A stretch of 64,000 nt of DNA, from positions 2,520 to 66,519 of the forward strand of contig CAYPSO010000004.1 of NCBI GenBank assembly GCA_964413275.1. Direction: 5' to 3'. Every line of letters starts with the position of its first letter. The stretch's first letter is position 1. Shown piece after piece: positions 9,149 to 18,509 of the stretch. A model generated the notes under the pieces. That model saw only the letters and a program-made list of their open reading frames with translations, was not told the DNA's origin and searched no databases. Source of the stretch: an uncultured bacterium (GTDB taxonomy: Bacteria > Cyanobacteriota > Cyanobacteriia > Cyanobacteriales > JAABRE01). A program made the position numbers and the translations under genes.

Positions 9149-9237
9149 GCTAACTGCTAACTGCTAACTGCTAATCGCTAACAGCTAACCGCTAATCGCT
9201 AACAGCTAACAGCTAATTGCTAATCGCTAATCGCTAA
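9149..9237. repeat. Heptanucleotide tandem repeat array (STRR-like), about 13 units of GCTAANN
   Basis: gctaact x3, gctaatc, gctaaca, gctaacc, gctaatc, gctaaca x2, gctaatt, gctaatc x2, gctaa. Period is exactly 7 with no spacers. Confidence 0.9.
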
Positions 9238-9313
9238 AAAATTAGTTTTGTAATTTTTTGGTAAAGTTAGCCCTATTTCATTAGATAAGTAGTTAAAATA
9301 TGGCTAAAAAGAG

Positions 9314-11149
9314 ATGAACTATCTCCCAGTCATTATGAAAGATACTATTGAAATTAATACATTAGTTGACTTGCTCAGTTATAGAGCCACAACTCAGACA
9401 AATAAACACGCTTATAGTTTTTTAATTGACGGTAAAAAAGAAAGTGCTCCTTTAACTTATGGAGAATTACATCATCAAGCAAAAGCAATCGCTGCTTTTC
9501 TGCAACAGCAAAAAGTTAAAGGAGAAAGAGCCTTATTACTCTATCCCCAAGGATTAGAAGTAGTAGCCGCTTTTTGTGCTTGTTTATACGCAGGAGTAAT
9601 CGCAATTCCCGTGCCTCCTCCAGAATCGGGTAGATTAAAGCGCACTTTACCCAGATTGCGCTCCATTGTTAAAGATGCACAGGCATCTATTGTCCTCACT
9701 AATGCCAGTATTTTAGAATTAGTGGCTAATGTTGAGGATGAATTTCCTGAATTTGCCCAAATGCGTTGGATAGATACCGCCGAAGTGGATTTAAGTTTAG
9801 CGGATAAATGGGAAAATCCCCATGTTGATAAGGATACCCTAGCCTATTTACAATATACTTCTGGCTCAACTTCCACTCCTAAAGGCGTAATGTTAAGTCA
9901 CTATAACCTGATGCACCATGCCAGATATTTACAACAAGCCTGTGGTTATGAAGACAAAAGCGTTACCCTAACTTGGATGCCCTATTTTCACGATTATGGC
10001 TTAGTAGAAGGTATTACAGTGCCTTTATATAATGGGCATCCTTGCTATCTCATGTCACCTTTTGCCTTTATTAAACGCCCCATCCAATGGTTGCGGAATA
10101 TTGGTAAATATAAAGTTACCCATTCCCAAGCTCCTAACTTTGCCTACGATTTATGCGTCAGAAAAATTAGCCCTAAACAAATTGCTGAATTAGATTTAAG
10201 TAGCTGGGAAGCCGCCGGCAATGCAGCCGAGCCAATTAACCCCAAAGTATTGTTAGAGTTTGCTGATAAATTTGCCGAAGCAGGGTTTCAATGGACAAGC
10301 TTTGCACCTGCCTATGGATTAGCAGAATATACCCTTCTTGTTTCCAATAAACCCAAAGGTACAAAACCCGTATTTTGTGCTGTAGAAAGTGCCAGTTTAG
10401 AACAAGATAAAATTGTACCAGCAAATCCCGACCAAGAAGAAGGAGTAAGGATTTTACCTAGCTGTGGGCGATTGGTTTGTGATACCCAAGTAGCCATTGT
10501 ACATCCCGATACTCTTACCCGTTGCACTGAGGATGAAGTAGGAGAAATTTGGGTTAAAGATGAAAGTGTAGCCCAAGGATATTGGCAACGTATCGAAGAA
10601 ACAGAAAAAACCTTTCGAGCCTATACCAAAGATACACAAGAAGGGCCATTTTTACGCACAGGAGATTTGGGATTTTTTCGAGAAGGGGAATTATATATTA
10701 ATGGCAGGATTAAAGATTTAATTATTGTCAGAGGTACAAACCACTATCCCCAGGATTTAGAATGGAGCGTACAAAATCTTAACCCTGCTTTACGCCCGGA
10801 TTATGGTGCAGCCTTTTCTATTGAAGTTGAAGGAGAAGAACAAGTAGTTATCGTTCAAGAAATAGAAAGACGCACCGAAAATTTAGATGCAGAAAAAATA
10901 CTTGCAGACATCCGCCAAGAAATATCAGAACAACACGAACTACAATTATATGCGATCGTCTTAGCTAAATCTGGAACAATTCTGAAAACAGCTAGTGGTA
11001 AAATTCAACGTCGTGCTTGTCGTGCCAATTTTTTAGCAGGTAAAATTAATACCATTGCTGACTGGTGCGAAGACATTAAACAAAGCTCTAAATTTAAAAC
11101 TTTAGAAAAAGAAGTCGAAAATTTAGAAAATCGAATTAAAACTCATTAA
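9314..11149 (+). CDS. Fatty acyl-AMP ligase (FAAL; FadD32-like adenylating enzyme)
   Basis: AMP-binding core LQYTSGSTSTPKGVMLSH and AYGLAE, plus FLRTGDLGFFREGELYINGRIKDLIIVRGTNHYPQDLE, the typical FAAL C-terminal core. Immediately followed by ACAD and ACP genes. Start may be 9314 or the Met at 9335. Confidence 0.8.
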   Translation: MNYLPVIMKDTIEINTLVDLLSYRATTQTNKHAYSFLIDGKKESAPLTYGELHHQAKAIAAFLQQQKVKGERALLLYPQGLEVVAAFCACLYAGVIAIPVPPPESGRLKRTLPRLRSIVKDAQASIVLTNASILELVANVEDEFPEFAQMRWIDTAEVDLSLADKWENPHVDKDTLAYLQYTSGSTSTPKGVMLSHYNLMHHARYLQQACGYEDKSVTLTWMPYFHDYGLVEGITVPLYNGHPCYLMSPFAFIKRPIQWLRNIGKYKVTHSQAPNFAYDLCVRKISPKQIAELDLSSWEAAGNAAEPINPKVLLEFADKFAEAGFQWTSFAPAYGLAEYTLLVSNKPKGTKPVFCAVESASLEQDKIVPANPDQEEGVRILPSCGRLVCDTQVAIVHPDTLTRCTEDEVGEIWVKDESVAQGYWQRIEETEKTFRAYTKDTQEGPFLRTGDLGFFREGELYINGRIKDLIIVRGTNHYPQDLEWSVQNLNPALRPDYGAAFSIEVEGEEQVVIVQEIERRTENLDAEKILADIRQEISEQHELQLYAIVLAKSGTILKTASGKIQRRACRANFLAGKINTIADWCEDIKQSSKFKTLEKEVENLENRIKTH

Positions 11150-11151
11150 TG

Positions 11152-11176
11152 GTAGGGTGGGCAATGCCCACCCTAC
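11152..11176. repeat. 25-nt palindromic element GTAGGGTGGGCA-A-TGCCCACCCTAC
   Basis: Perfect 12-bp arms around one central base, starting 3 nt after the FAAL stop codon. Related copies occur at 31425-31446 and, as a half copy, at about 1803-1816. Confidence 0.85.
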
Positions 11177-11206
11177 TTTAAAAAATTCATCATTTTTACT
11201 AAAATC

Positions 11207-13015
11207 ATGACAAAATTAAAACAATATCGGTTAGCCGAAAAATTAGAACAAGATTTAGGAAGTCCAGAAAATCCCGATAACCTATTATCCTATAAACAAG
11301 TAATTGACATCGACGAAACTGAAGAATTTCCCCATAAAGAAATTGAATGGCTTTATAACTGGAAATTACAACATCATTATATTCCTGTTAACTGCGGAGG
11401 CGAATTTACGAGTTTTGAAGAATTTTTAGCTTATGTTAGGGTATTAGCTCGTAGGGATTTAACCACAGGAATTGCTTTTACTACCTTATTTTGGTCTTTT
11501 ATTACTTGGATGGCTGGTACAGAAGAACAAAAACGCAATTTATCCCATTATATTCGAGAAGAACATGGGGCAATGTGCTTAGGTTATTCTGAAAAAGAGC
11601 ATGGTGCAGATTTAGTCGGTGGCGATTTAACTGCTACAAAAGTTGAAGGCGGTTATCTTTTAAATGGGGAAAAATGGCCGATAAACAGAGCTACTATTTC
11701 AGGAGTTTCCTATATTTTAGCCCGTACAGATTCAGAAGGTGGAGCTAGATGCCTATCATTATTTATGGTAGAAAAAAGTAAGATAGATGCCAATAATTAT
11801 TACAATTTACCAAAAATTCTAACCCACGGAATCCGTGCTTCTGATATGAGCGGTATTGGTTTTAAAGATTGTTTTGTACCCGATTCTATGTTAATTGGGG
11901 AAGAAGGACAAGGTTTAGAAATTGCCCTCAAAGGATTCCAAATTACCCGTACTTTATGCGCTGCTTTTTCTCACGGTGCTGCCGATACCGCCCTGAGAAC
12001 TACTTTAAAATTTGCTTTAAATCGTGTAATTTACGAGAAAACCGTTTTTGATATGCCCCAACCTCGTAAAGTTTTGACTGACGCTTTTTTAGATATTTTA
12101 ATTTGCGATTGTGAAAGTATAGGAGCAGCTAGGGGTTTTCATATTGTACCCGAACAATTTAGTGTTTGGGCAGCAGTGGTTAAATATTTTGTTCCCATGC
12201 AATTGGAAAATATGGTTAACAATATTTCTGCTGTTTTAGGCTCACGTTTTTATCTGCGAGAAGAACATGATTTTGGCATATTCCAAAAAGCACTTAGGGA
12301 TAATGCCATTATTAGTGTTTTTGATGGTAGCACGGTAGTTAATTTACACGCTTTAATTCTGCAATTTCGTCAATTAGCTAAATATCGTGCCAGAAGAAAA
12401 CCCAAAATCATGGAGGGTATTCAACAACGTTTAGAAGCTATTTTTAGTTTAGAGCAAGATGTGCCAACCTTTGAGCCGCAGAAATTAGAATTATTTGGTA
12501 GAGGTGCAGATGATGGTTTACAAGGTTTAGAAATTGCCCTGCAGCAACTAGAAGATTTACAAAATACATCAGAAGTAGATAAGGAGGTGTTAGCTCATCT
12601 CACTCGTTTGGGTAATATGGTTTTAGAAGAGTTAAATACTCACGATGAATTAATCGCCCAATCTAAGTTTGAATATGGACATAATCAATCCCCTGAATTA
12701 TTTGAAATGGCCAAGAAATATTGCACCTTGCACGCTGCTGCTTGTTGCTTACATATGTGGCTTTATAATCGTCAAAATTTAGGGGAATTTTTTGCCCAAG
12801 GTGAATGGTTAGTGTTAGCTTTACATCGGCTTTTACGAACTATGAAACCTTTATCTTATAGCATATCTGAAACTTACGAAAACAATTTAACTCAAGAAAT
12901 GGTTAAACTATATCAATTCGAGAAAATGTTTTCGATTGTACCTTTCCAATTAGCCCAACTTAACCCAAAAGAGGATATTAAAAATGACAGTAACCAACTC
13001 CAATTCCAAGTCTAA
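11207..13015 (+). CDS. Acyl-CoA dehydrogenase-fold flavoprotein, probably acting on acyl-ACP, with a long C-terminal extension
   Basis: ACAD-like core (MCLGYSEKEHGADL, LNGEKWPINRA, GEEGQGLEIALKGFQITR). Length is 602 aa against about 380-400 aa for canonical ACADs. The gene sits between the FAAL and ACP genes and overlaps the ACP start by 32 nt. Confidence 0.7.
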   Translation: MTKLKQYRLAEKLEQDLGSPENPDNLLSYKQVIDIDETEEFPHKEIEWLYNWKLQHHYIPVNCGGEFTSFEEFLAYVRVLARRDLTTGIAFTTLFWSFITWMAGTEEQKRNLSHYIREEHGAMCLGYSEKEHGADLVGGDLTATKVEGGYLLNGEKWPINRATISGVSYILARTDSEGGARCLSLFMVEKSKIDANNYYNLPKILTHGIRASDMSGIGFKDCFVPDSMLIGEEGQGLEIALKGFQITRTLCAAFSHGAADTALRTTLKFALNRVIYEKTVFDMPQPRKVLTDAFLDILICDCESIGAARGFHIVPEQFSVWAAVVKYFVPMQLENMVNNISAVLGSRFYLREEHDFGIFQKALRDNAIISVFDGSTVVNLHALILQFRQLAKYRARRKPKIMEGIQQRLEAIFSLEQDVPTFEPQKLELFGRGADDGLQGLEIALQQLEDLQNTSEVDKEVLAHLTRLGNMVLEELNTHDELIAQSKFEYGHNQSPELFEMAKKYCTLHAAACCLHMWLYNRQNLGEFFAQGEWLVLALHRLLRTMKPLSYSISETYENNLTQEMVKLYQFEKMFSIVPFQLAQLNPKEDIKNDSNQLQFQV

Positions 13016-13370
13016 TCAAGAAGTAGAAACAGTACAAAACTGGTTGATAGATAAACTTGCCGAACAACTTTCTTTAGATTCTCAAACTATTAGTATTAGT
13101 GAATCTTTAACCCGTTATGGTTTAGATTCCATTGACGCAGTAACCATGGTTGGTGACTTAGAAGATTGGCTTGATTTAGAGTTACCCTCAACCCTATTTT
13201 GGGATTACCCAACTATCGAAAAATCTTCCCAATATTTAGCCGAAAATTTTGATTTATCTGAGTCTTTAAGCGAGACTGAAACGAGTAGTAAACCAGCAGA
13301 AAAAACACCAGAGCCAGTTGGTGCAGCTTCTAGTAAAGGTGGTTTATTTGGTCGTTTAATGGGTAGATAA
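12984..13370 (+). CDS. Standalone acyl carrier protein with an extended Ser/Thr/Pro-rich C-terminal tail
   Basis: Phosphopantetheine attachment motif YGLDSIDAV (Ser49, nt 13128-13130). An AGAGGA Shine-Dalgarno-like sequence precedes the ATG inside the upstream gene. The tail ends GGLFGRLMGR. Confidence 0.8.
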   Translation: MTVTNSNSKSNQEVETVQNWLIDKLAEQLSLDSQTISISESLTRYGLDSIDAVTMVGDLEDWLDLELPSTLFWDYPTIEKSSQYLAENFDLSESLSETETSSKPAEKTPEPVGAASSKGGLFGRLMGR

Positions 13371-13473
13371 ATAGGATTTTCCTACTTACTTCTGATGGGA
13401 AAAGTTGGTGTTTACCTATTAAGCCAACTCACTCCCTATTTATAATTAAAATTTTAAATAAAAAAATAAAGCC

Positions 13474-14931
13474 TTGAATTACTCAGATTTTTCTTTTTGG
13501 TGGATCTTAATACTATTTTGTATTCCTTTTTTTTCCATTCGTTTTTTAGCAAATCAATTTAATCTTTGGCGAGGCATTTTTGATGGTATTGGTTTGGCAG
13601 CTTTGTCAATGATCCTGTTTTATAATGCTAGTCCTGCTAGTTTTATTATTTTTATATTTGAGATAATTGTTAACTATTTGATGGTGCAGTATATGCTCCG
13701 TCGTCAGGGGGCTGAAGCTAAATTCATCGCCACAATTATTATTATTTTTGATGTAGCTGTTTTAGCTTATTTTAAATATTTGACATTTTTTGTAGAAGAT
13801 ATTGTGGGCTTAGTTTTTTCACTACCTCAAAATTGGCAAAGTAGTTTTCCTATTCCTATTAGTAATAGAATCCCTCCGGGGGTTTCTTTTTATACATTTC
13901 AAATGGTTGCTTTTGTCGTCGATTCTCTTAATTCTCGCAAAAAGAAACCGATTGAATTTCTCGATTATATCAATTTTATTGCCTTTTTCCCTCAAATTGT
14001 GGCAGGGCCAATTGAAAGAAGAATAGATTTATTACCACAAATTAGTAAATTCAAGTTTAAATTTACCGCAGAAAATTTTGATGAGGGTTTTCGTTGGATT
14101 TCTTTAGGGTTATTCATGAAATTTGTTTTGGCTGATAATATTTCTCCCTATATTGAATTAAATGAAAGTGCTAATCCTTGGATAATTTGGTTTTTTGCTT
14201 TCTTATTTACTCTGAAAATTTATTTTGATTTTGCCGGTTATAGTTTTATGGCAATGGGTTTAGCCAGAATGTTAGGAGTTAAACTAACAGTTAATTTTTT
14301 AGCCCCTTATACCTCTCAAAGTATTAACGAATTTTGGCGCAGATGGCATATTACTTTAAGCACCTGGTTTAGAGATTACGTTTTTATTCCTTTAATGGGA
14401 TCGAAAAAACAGTTAGCAGCAACATTTTTATTTATTACTTTTACTTTATCTGGTTTTTGGCATGGTGCAGCTTGGAATTTTATTATTTGGGGTGCATATC
14501 ACGGTGCTTTGTTATTAGTATTACGCTATTTAGGAAGACCATTTCAAAGATTTATCAGTCAGTATTTAAAGAGATCAGAATTTATTTCGTGGGGTTTAAC
14601 TTTTGGTTCGGTTATTCTCGGTTGTTTATTCTTTATGGAAACAAATACTGGGAGATTATTTACTAAGTTGAAAACAATTATTACTCCTTGGGATTATTCT
14701 CTTACTAATTTAGGAGATTTTATTCATTCATATAGTCCTAATGAAGGATGGACTTTAATTTTTACTTTATTATTAGCTGTAATTGTTTTATTATTGGAGT
14801 TTATGGCAGTTTGGCAAAATAAATTTGAATATGAATTATTATTATCTCCTTGGGTATCGAGAAGTTTATTAGGTTTAACTATTTTATTAGCTGCCAATGA
14901 ACCTTCTGAATTTATTTATTTTGCATTTTAA
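13474..14931 (+). CDS. MBOAT-family membrane O-acyltransferase (DltB/AlgI-like)
   Basis: Polytopic protein with FWRRWHITLSTWFRDYVFIPL and the conserved-His motif SGFWHGAAWNF (His330, nt 14461-14463). TTG start in the ORF track. Confidence 0.85.
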   Translation: MNYSDFSFWWILILFCIPFFSIRFLANQFNLWRGIFDGIGLAALSMILFYNASPASFIIFIFEIIVNYLMVQYMLRRQGAEAKFIATIIIIFDVAVLAYFKYLTFFVEDIVGLVFSLPQNWQSSFPIPISNRIPPGVSFYTFQMVAFVVDSLNSRKKKPIEFLDYINFIAFFPQIVAGPIERRIDLLPQISKFKFKFTAENFDEGFRWISLGLFMKFVLADNISPYIELNESANPWIIWFFAFLFTLKIYFDFAGYSFMAMGLARMLGVKLTVNFLAPYTSQSINEFWRRWHITLSTWFRDYVFIPLMGSKKQLAATFLFITFTLSGFWHGAAWNFIIWGAYHGALLLVLRYLGRPFQRFISQYLKRSEFISWGLTFGSVILGCLFFMETNTGRLFTKLKTIITPWDYSLTNLGDFIHSYSPNEGWTLIFTLLLAVIVLLLEFMAVWQNKFEYELLLSPWVSRSLLGLTILLAANEPSEFIYFAF

Positions 14932-15095
14932 AGGTTATGAAAAAGTTAGTTAGTTATTTAAGAAACTTTATTGGAATAAAAATATTACCGAAAAATGTAA
15001 AACTTTCGTTATGCTTTCAGATACCATATATTTAGTTTGAATTAGTAAAATTAGAGTCTTGAGTTAATTATTGTACAGTTTTAATAAAAGTAAGA

Positions 15096-16658
15096 ATGAT
15101 AAATAATAGCTTAAAAAACAATACCTTTATATATTTATTGCTTATTTTAGCACTTGCTACTTTGATGAGAGTTTTTTTACTCGAATCAATTCCTAGTGGT
15201 TTTTCTTGTGATGAAGCTGCCAATGGTTATGAATCTTACTCAATTGCAGAAACTCTACGAGATCGATATGGTAAATTTTTGCCTGCTTTTATTAATCCTT
15301 TAAAAAATGATGCTAAAGAGGCCCTATATTTTTATTTGACAGTTCCGTTTATTAAAATTTTGGGTCTTAATGAGTTTGCGACTAGACTTCCAGCTGCTTT
15401 GCTCGGAGTATTAACGGTTTTAACGGTTTATTTGCTTGCTCAAGAAATTTTCAATAAAAAAGTTGGATTGATTTCTGCTCTACTTTTATCCGTTAGCCCT
15501 TGGCATATACACTTTAACCGCATTGCTTTTAGGCTTAATTTGTTACCCTTATTATTTTGTCTAGGAGTTTTATTTTTCGTCAAAAGCTTTAAGCAACCTA
15601 AATATCTTCCTTTAAGTAGTTTTCTGTTTGCATTGAGTCTATACACTTATAATTCGGCTAGAGTTTTTGTACCACTTTTTTTACTTTGTCTTACAATCAT
15701 TTTTTGGAAACATCTATGGAAAAACAAAAAAACTACAGTTATCTCTTTTGTTCTTTTTTTGTTTATCTTTTTGCCTCTGTTGGATTTTTGGATGTCTCCG
15801 GCAGGAATGGCACGAGCTAGAGGAACTGGTTTAGAAAGTAACTTTTTTGTTATCTTAAAGAACTACTTTTCACATTTTAATCCGAACTTTTTATTTTTCA
15901 ACGGAAGATCAGTAATCACTGAAAATCCCTCTAAAATGGGCGAACTTTATTTCTTTGAAATTATAACAGTTCCTTTAGGGATTCTAAAGTTGATTCGAGA
16001 AAAAGTAAAGGCAAAAATGATTTTACTGCCGTGGCTATTATTATATCCCATACCCGCGACTTTGGTTGGTTCAGCAAGTCCTCAACGCTCAATAATAGGA
16101 GTTCCTTTGTTTGCAATAATTTCAGCTATTGGTATTGCCTATTTAATAGATACTTGGAGTTATAAAAGGCAAACGATAGCCTTAGCTGCTGGACTTATTT
16201 TAATGGGCAATTTGACATTCTTTTCCTATCAATATTTTATCAATTATCCACCTGAAGCAGCAAAGCTATGGAATTATGGACTAAAAGAAGCAATTGACTT
16301 TTCAGAAAAAAGTTCTTATGGTGGTTTTGTGCTGAGTAGTGATACGAATAGTGGTTGTTATGCCATACATGATTTTATCTCTCATATTCCTTTTTATACT
16401 CGATATCCTCCACAAAAATATCAGCAATCACCTATTCCTCCTTGGGTGAAAGGCTCACAGGATAAAGTTTATTCTCTTGGTAAATATCATCTTATGTCTA
16501 TATCAAAACAAGACAATTTAAGGACAGAATACTTATATATTCTTCGTCCAGAGGAAATATCAACATTGGAATCCAAAGGATACAAGTGGAAAGAGATTTA
16601 TACAGTTAAAGATTCTCAAGGTATCGAGTATTTGAAATTAGTTGAAATCTATAGCTAA
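15096..16658 (+). CDS. GT-C fold glycosyltransferase (family 39/83, ArnT/PMT-like)
   Basis: About 12 predicted TM helices. The first-loop acidic motif FSCDEAANGYESYS and the PWHIHF segment are typical of ArnT/PMT_2-type polyprenyl-phosphate-sugar-dependent transferases. Confidence 0.65.
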   Translation: MINNSLKNNTFIYLLLILALATLMRVFLLESIPSGFSCDEAANGYESYSIAETLRDRYGKFLPAFINPLKNDAKEALYFYLTVPFIKILGLNEFATRLPAALLGVLTVLTVYLLAQEIFNKKVGLISALLLSVSPWHIHFNRIAFRLNLLPLLFCLGVLFFVKSFKQPKYLPLSSFLFALSLYTYNSARVFVPLFLLCLTIIFWKHLWKNKKTTVISFVLFLFIFLPLLDFWMSPAGMARARGTGLESNFFVILKNYFSHFNPNFLFFNGRSVITENPSKMGELYFFEIITVPLGILKLIREKVKAKMILLPWLLLYPIPATLVGSASPQRSIIGVPLFAIISAIGIAYLIDTWSYKRQTIALAAGLILMGNLTFFSYQYFINYPPEAAKLWNYGLKEAIDFSEKSSYGGFVLSSDTNSGCYAIHDFISHIPFYTRYPPQKYQQSPIPPWVKGSQDKVYSLGKYHLMSISKQDNLRTEYLYILRPEEISTLESKGYKWKEIYTVKDSQGIEYLKLVEIYS

Positions 16659-16820
16659 ACTTTTATTGTAATCACTAATAGTTTAACGCCATTAAATTAC
16701 AATTAAAAAGTTAAAGCGAGTAAAATGTGTCAATAAATGTTATATTTGGCGATAAAATCTAAATTATTAATAATTTCATTTTTAAACCTAAACTAGGATT
16801 ATCTAAAATAAATTAGATAT

Positions 16821-18455
16821 ATGAAAACAAAAACGATTATTGGCATAACTTTAATGATATTAGCCTTATTATTTGGCTTTGTTACTCGAATTGTTAGTGT
16901 TTTACAATATGTTACTTTTGATATAGGGCCAGATCCAGATCAAATTAGAGATGCTTTTATCGTCATGAAAATGTGGCAAGGAGAATTTCCTAAACTTGGC
17001 CCACCAGCCTATGGACTTGGCCTTGGTGGACATCACATTTTACCTCTTTACTACTACATTTTTTTTCCATTTACTCTTTTAGGAGGGAATCCAGCTTTTC
17101 AAGCATTACCTAATGCTTTGTTTTCTTTTCTATCAATTCCACTGTTAATTTTATTGGTTTATAAACTTTTAGAAGATATTAATTATTCTCAAAGAATTTT
17201 ATTAACTGGATTGGCTGGATTCTGGTATAGTAGCCTTTTTGGAGATATATTTATTAGCAATTTTCAATGGAATCCTAGTTCGATACCTTTTTTCTTTCTT
17301 AGCTTTGTAATTATTTATGATTTACAAATAAAAAATAAGTTTTCTTGGGGAATTCAATGTTGTTTATGGGCTATCAATGGAGTTATTTTTGCAATCCTAC
17401 TTAGCTTGCATAGTTCAACATTATTTGTTATGCCTATTGTTTTTATAATTAGTATATTTTTATATGTATTTAAGATTTTAAAAGAAAGAAAAGAAAATAA
17501 ATTTTTAATCTTACCAATAATAAGTTGTCTATCAGCTTTTTTAGCTTTAACTCCCTATTGGATTGGCGAATTTAGTAGTAAATTTAGTAATACAAAAGCT
17601 ATACTTAAAACTATTAGAGCAGGTTCTAGTTCTTCAGATATTTCATTACCAGCTTATATATGGGTTAAAATTTCTAACCTAGTTATGAACTACTTAAATT
17701 TAGTACGCCAGGCCTATTTTTGGAATTCATCACTATTTTATTTAGTAGTTTCAGCTATTTTCCTCACTATTATTACTTTTTCTGCTATTTCCAAGTTTCG
17801 AGGTAATAAATATATTTGGTCTATCTTAATTTCTAGCCTAGGGGTGTTTCTCCTTGCTGCTGCCAATATTGAAGCAAATAAATCTGTTTTCTACTATAAA
17901 ATAATAATCTTACCTTTGCCCATAATCTTGACAATAGTAACTCTTGCCTACTCCAATTTTTCTGCAAAAATTAGAGTTTTTTTCTATGGATTTACTACTA
18001 TAGTATTAATTTTATCTCTATTTAATAATTTATTTTATGATTATAGCTTTATGCTCGCTAAATATGGAAAAACCAGATTACTTAATACACAAGAAATTAC
18101 CCAAATAATGAGAAAAATACCAGCAAGCTCAACCATTTGCGATCCCAGAATAAGTCGTAAAAGAAAAGTTAGAAATCAATATAATTACATTGATACATAT
18201 GTTGTTAAGAACGATATAAAAACAGTCGATGTTTGTGAAGCGGGCAATTATGTAATACATCCTAAAAGATTTTTACAGATTGAGGGTAATTTTTTAAATA
18301 ATAACAACTATCAAGAAACTTATTTTTTAGAACCTTCATATCAAGGAGATTTGAAATTATGGCCTATTTTAAAAGTTTCAGAAAATGAAAATATTGCAAG
18401 ACCAGCAAAACTCTTTTTAGAGATAGGAACAGCTTATGTTTATCTACTTGAATGA
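16821..18455 (+). CDS. Polytopic membrane protein, probable second GT-C-type glycosyltransferase
   Basis: Many TM helices followed by a soluble C-terminal domain, the same architecture as the preceding gene. An acidic first loop (FDIGPDPDQIRD) is present. No strong motif match, so the assignment rests on architecture and context. Confidence 0.4.
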   Translation: MKTKTIIGITLMILALLFGFVTRIVSVLQYVTFDIGPDPDQIRDAFIVMKMWQGEFPKLGPPAYGLGLGGHHILPLYYYIFFPFTLLGGNPAFQALPNALFSFLSIPLLILLVYKLLEDINYSQRILLTGLAGFWYSSLFGDIFISNFQWNPSSIPFFFLSFVIIYDLQIKNKFSWGIQCCLWAINGVIFAILLSLHSSTLFVMPIVFIISIFLYVFKILKERKENKFLILPIISCLSAFLALTPYWIGEFSSKFSNTKAILKTIRAGSSSSDISLPAYIWVKISNLVMNYLNLVRQAYFWNSSLFYLVVSAIFLTIITFSAISKFRGNKYIWSILISSLGVFLLAAANIEANKSVFYYKIIILPLPIILTIVTLAYSNFSAKIRVFFYGFTTIVLILSLFNNLFYDYSFMLAKYGKTRLLNTQEITQIMRKIPASSTICDPRISRKRKVRNQYNYIDTYVVKNDIKTVDVCEAGNYVIHPKRFLQIEGNFLNNNNYQETYFLEPSYQGDLKLWPILKVSENENIARPAKLFLEIGTAYVYLLE

Positions 18456-18509
18456 TATTTTTAAAATAGATATTTGAATATTATTATTAATTTAAAAAAA
18501 AGCAATTAA

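Noticed and set aside
9149-9237. Could the regular repeat arrays be CRISPR?
   Set aside because: The period is exactly 7 nt with no spacers and no cas genes. These are microsatellite-like STRR repeats, not CRISPR.
14937-15035. 32-aa ORF right after the MBOAT gene, considered as a possible DltX-like small partner
   Set aside because: It has no hydrophobic helix, no recognisable motif and AT-rich codons typical of intergenic sequence. There is no evidence beyond an open frame.
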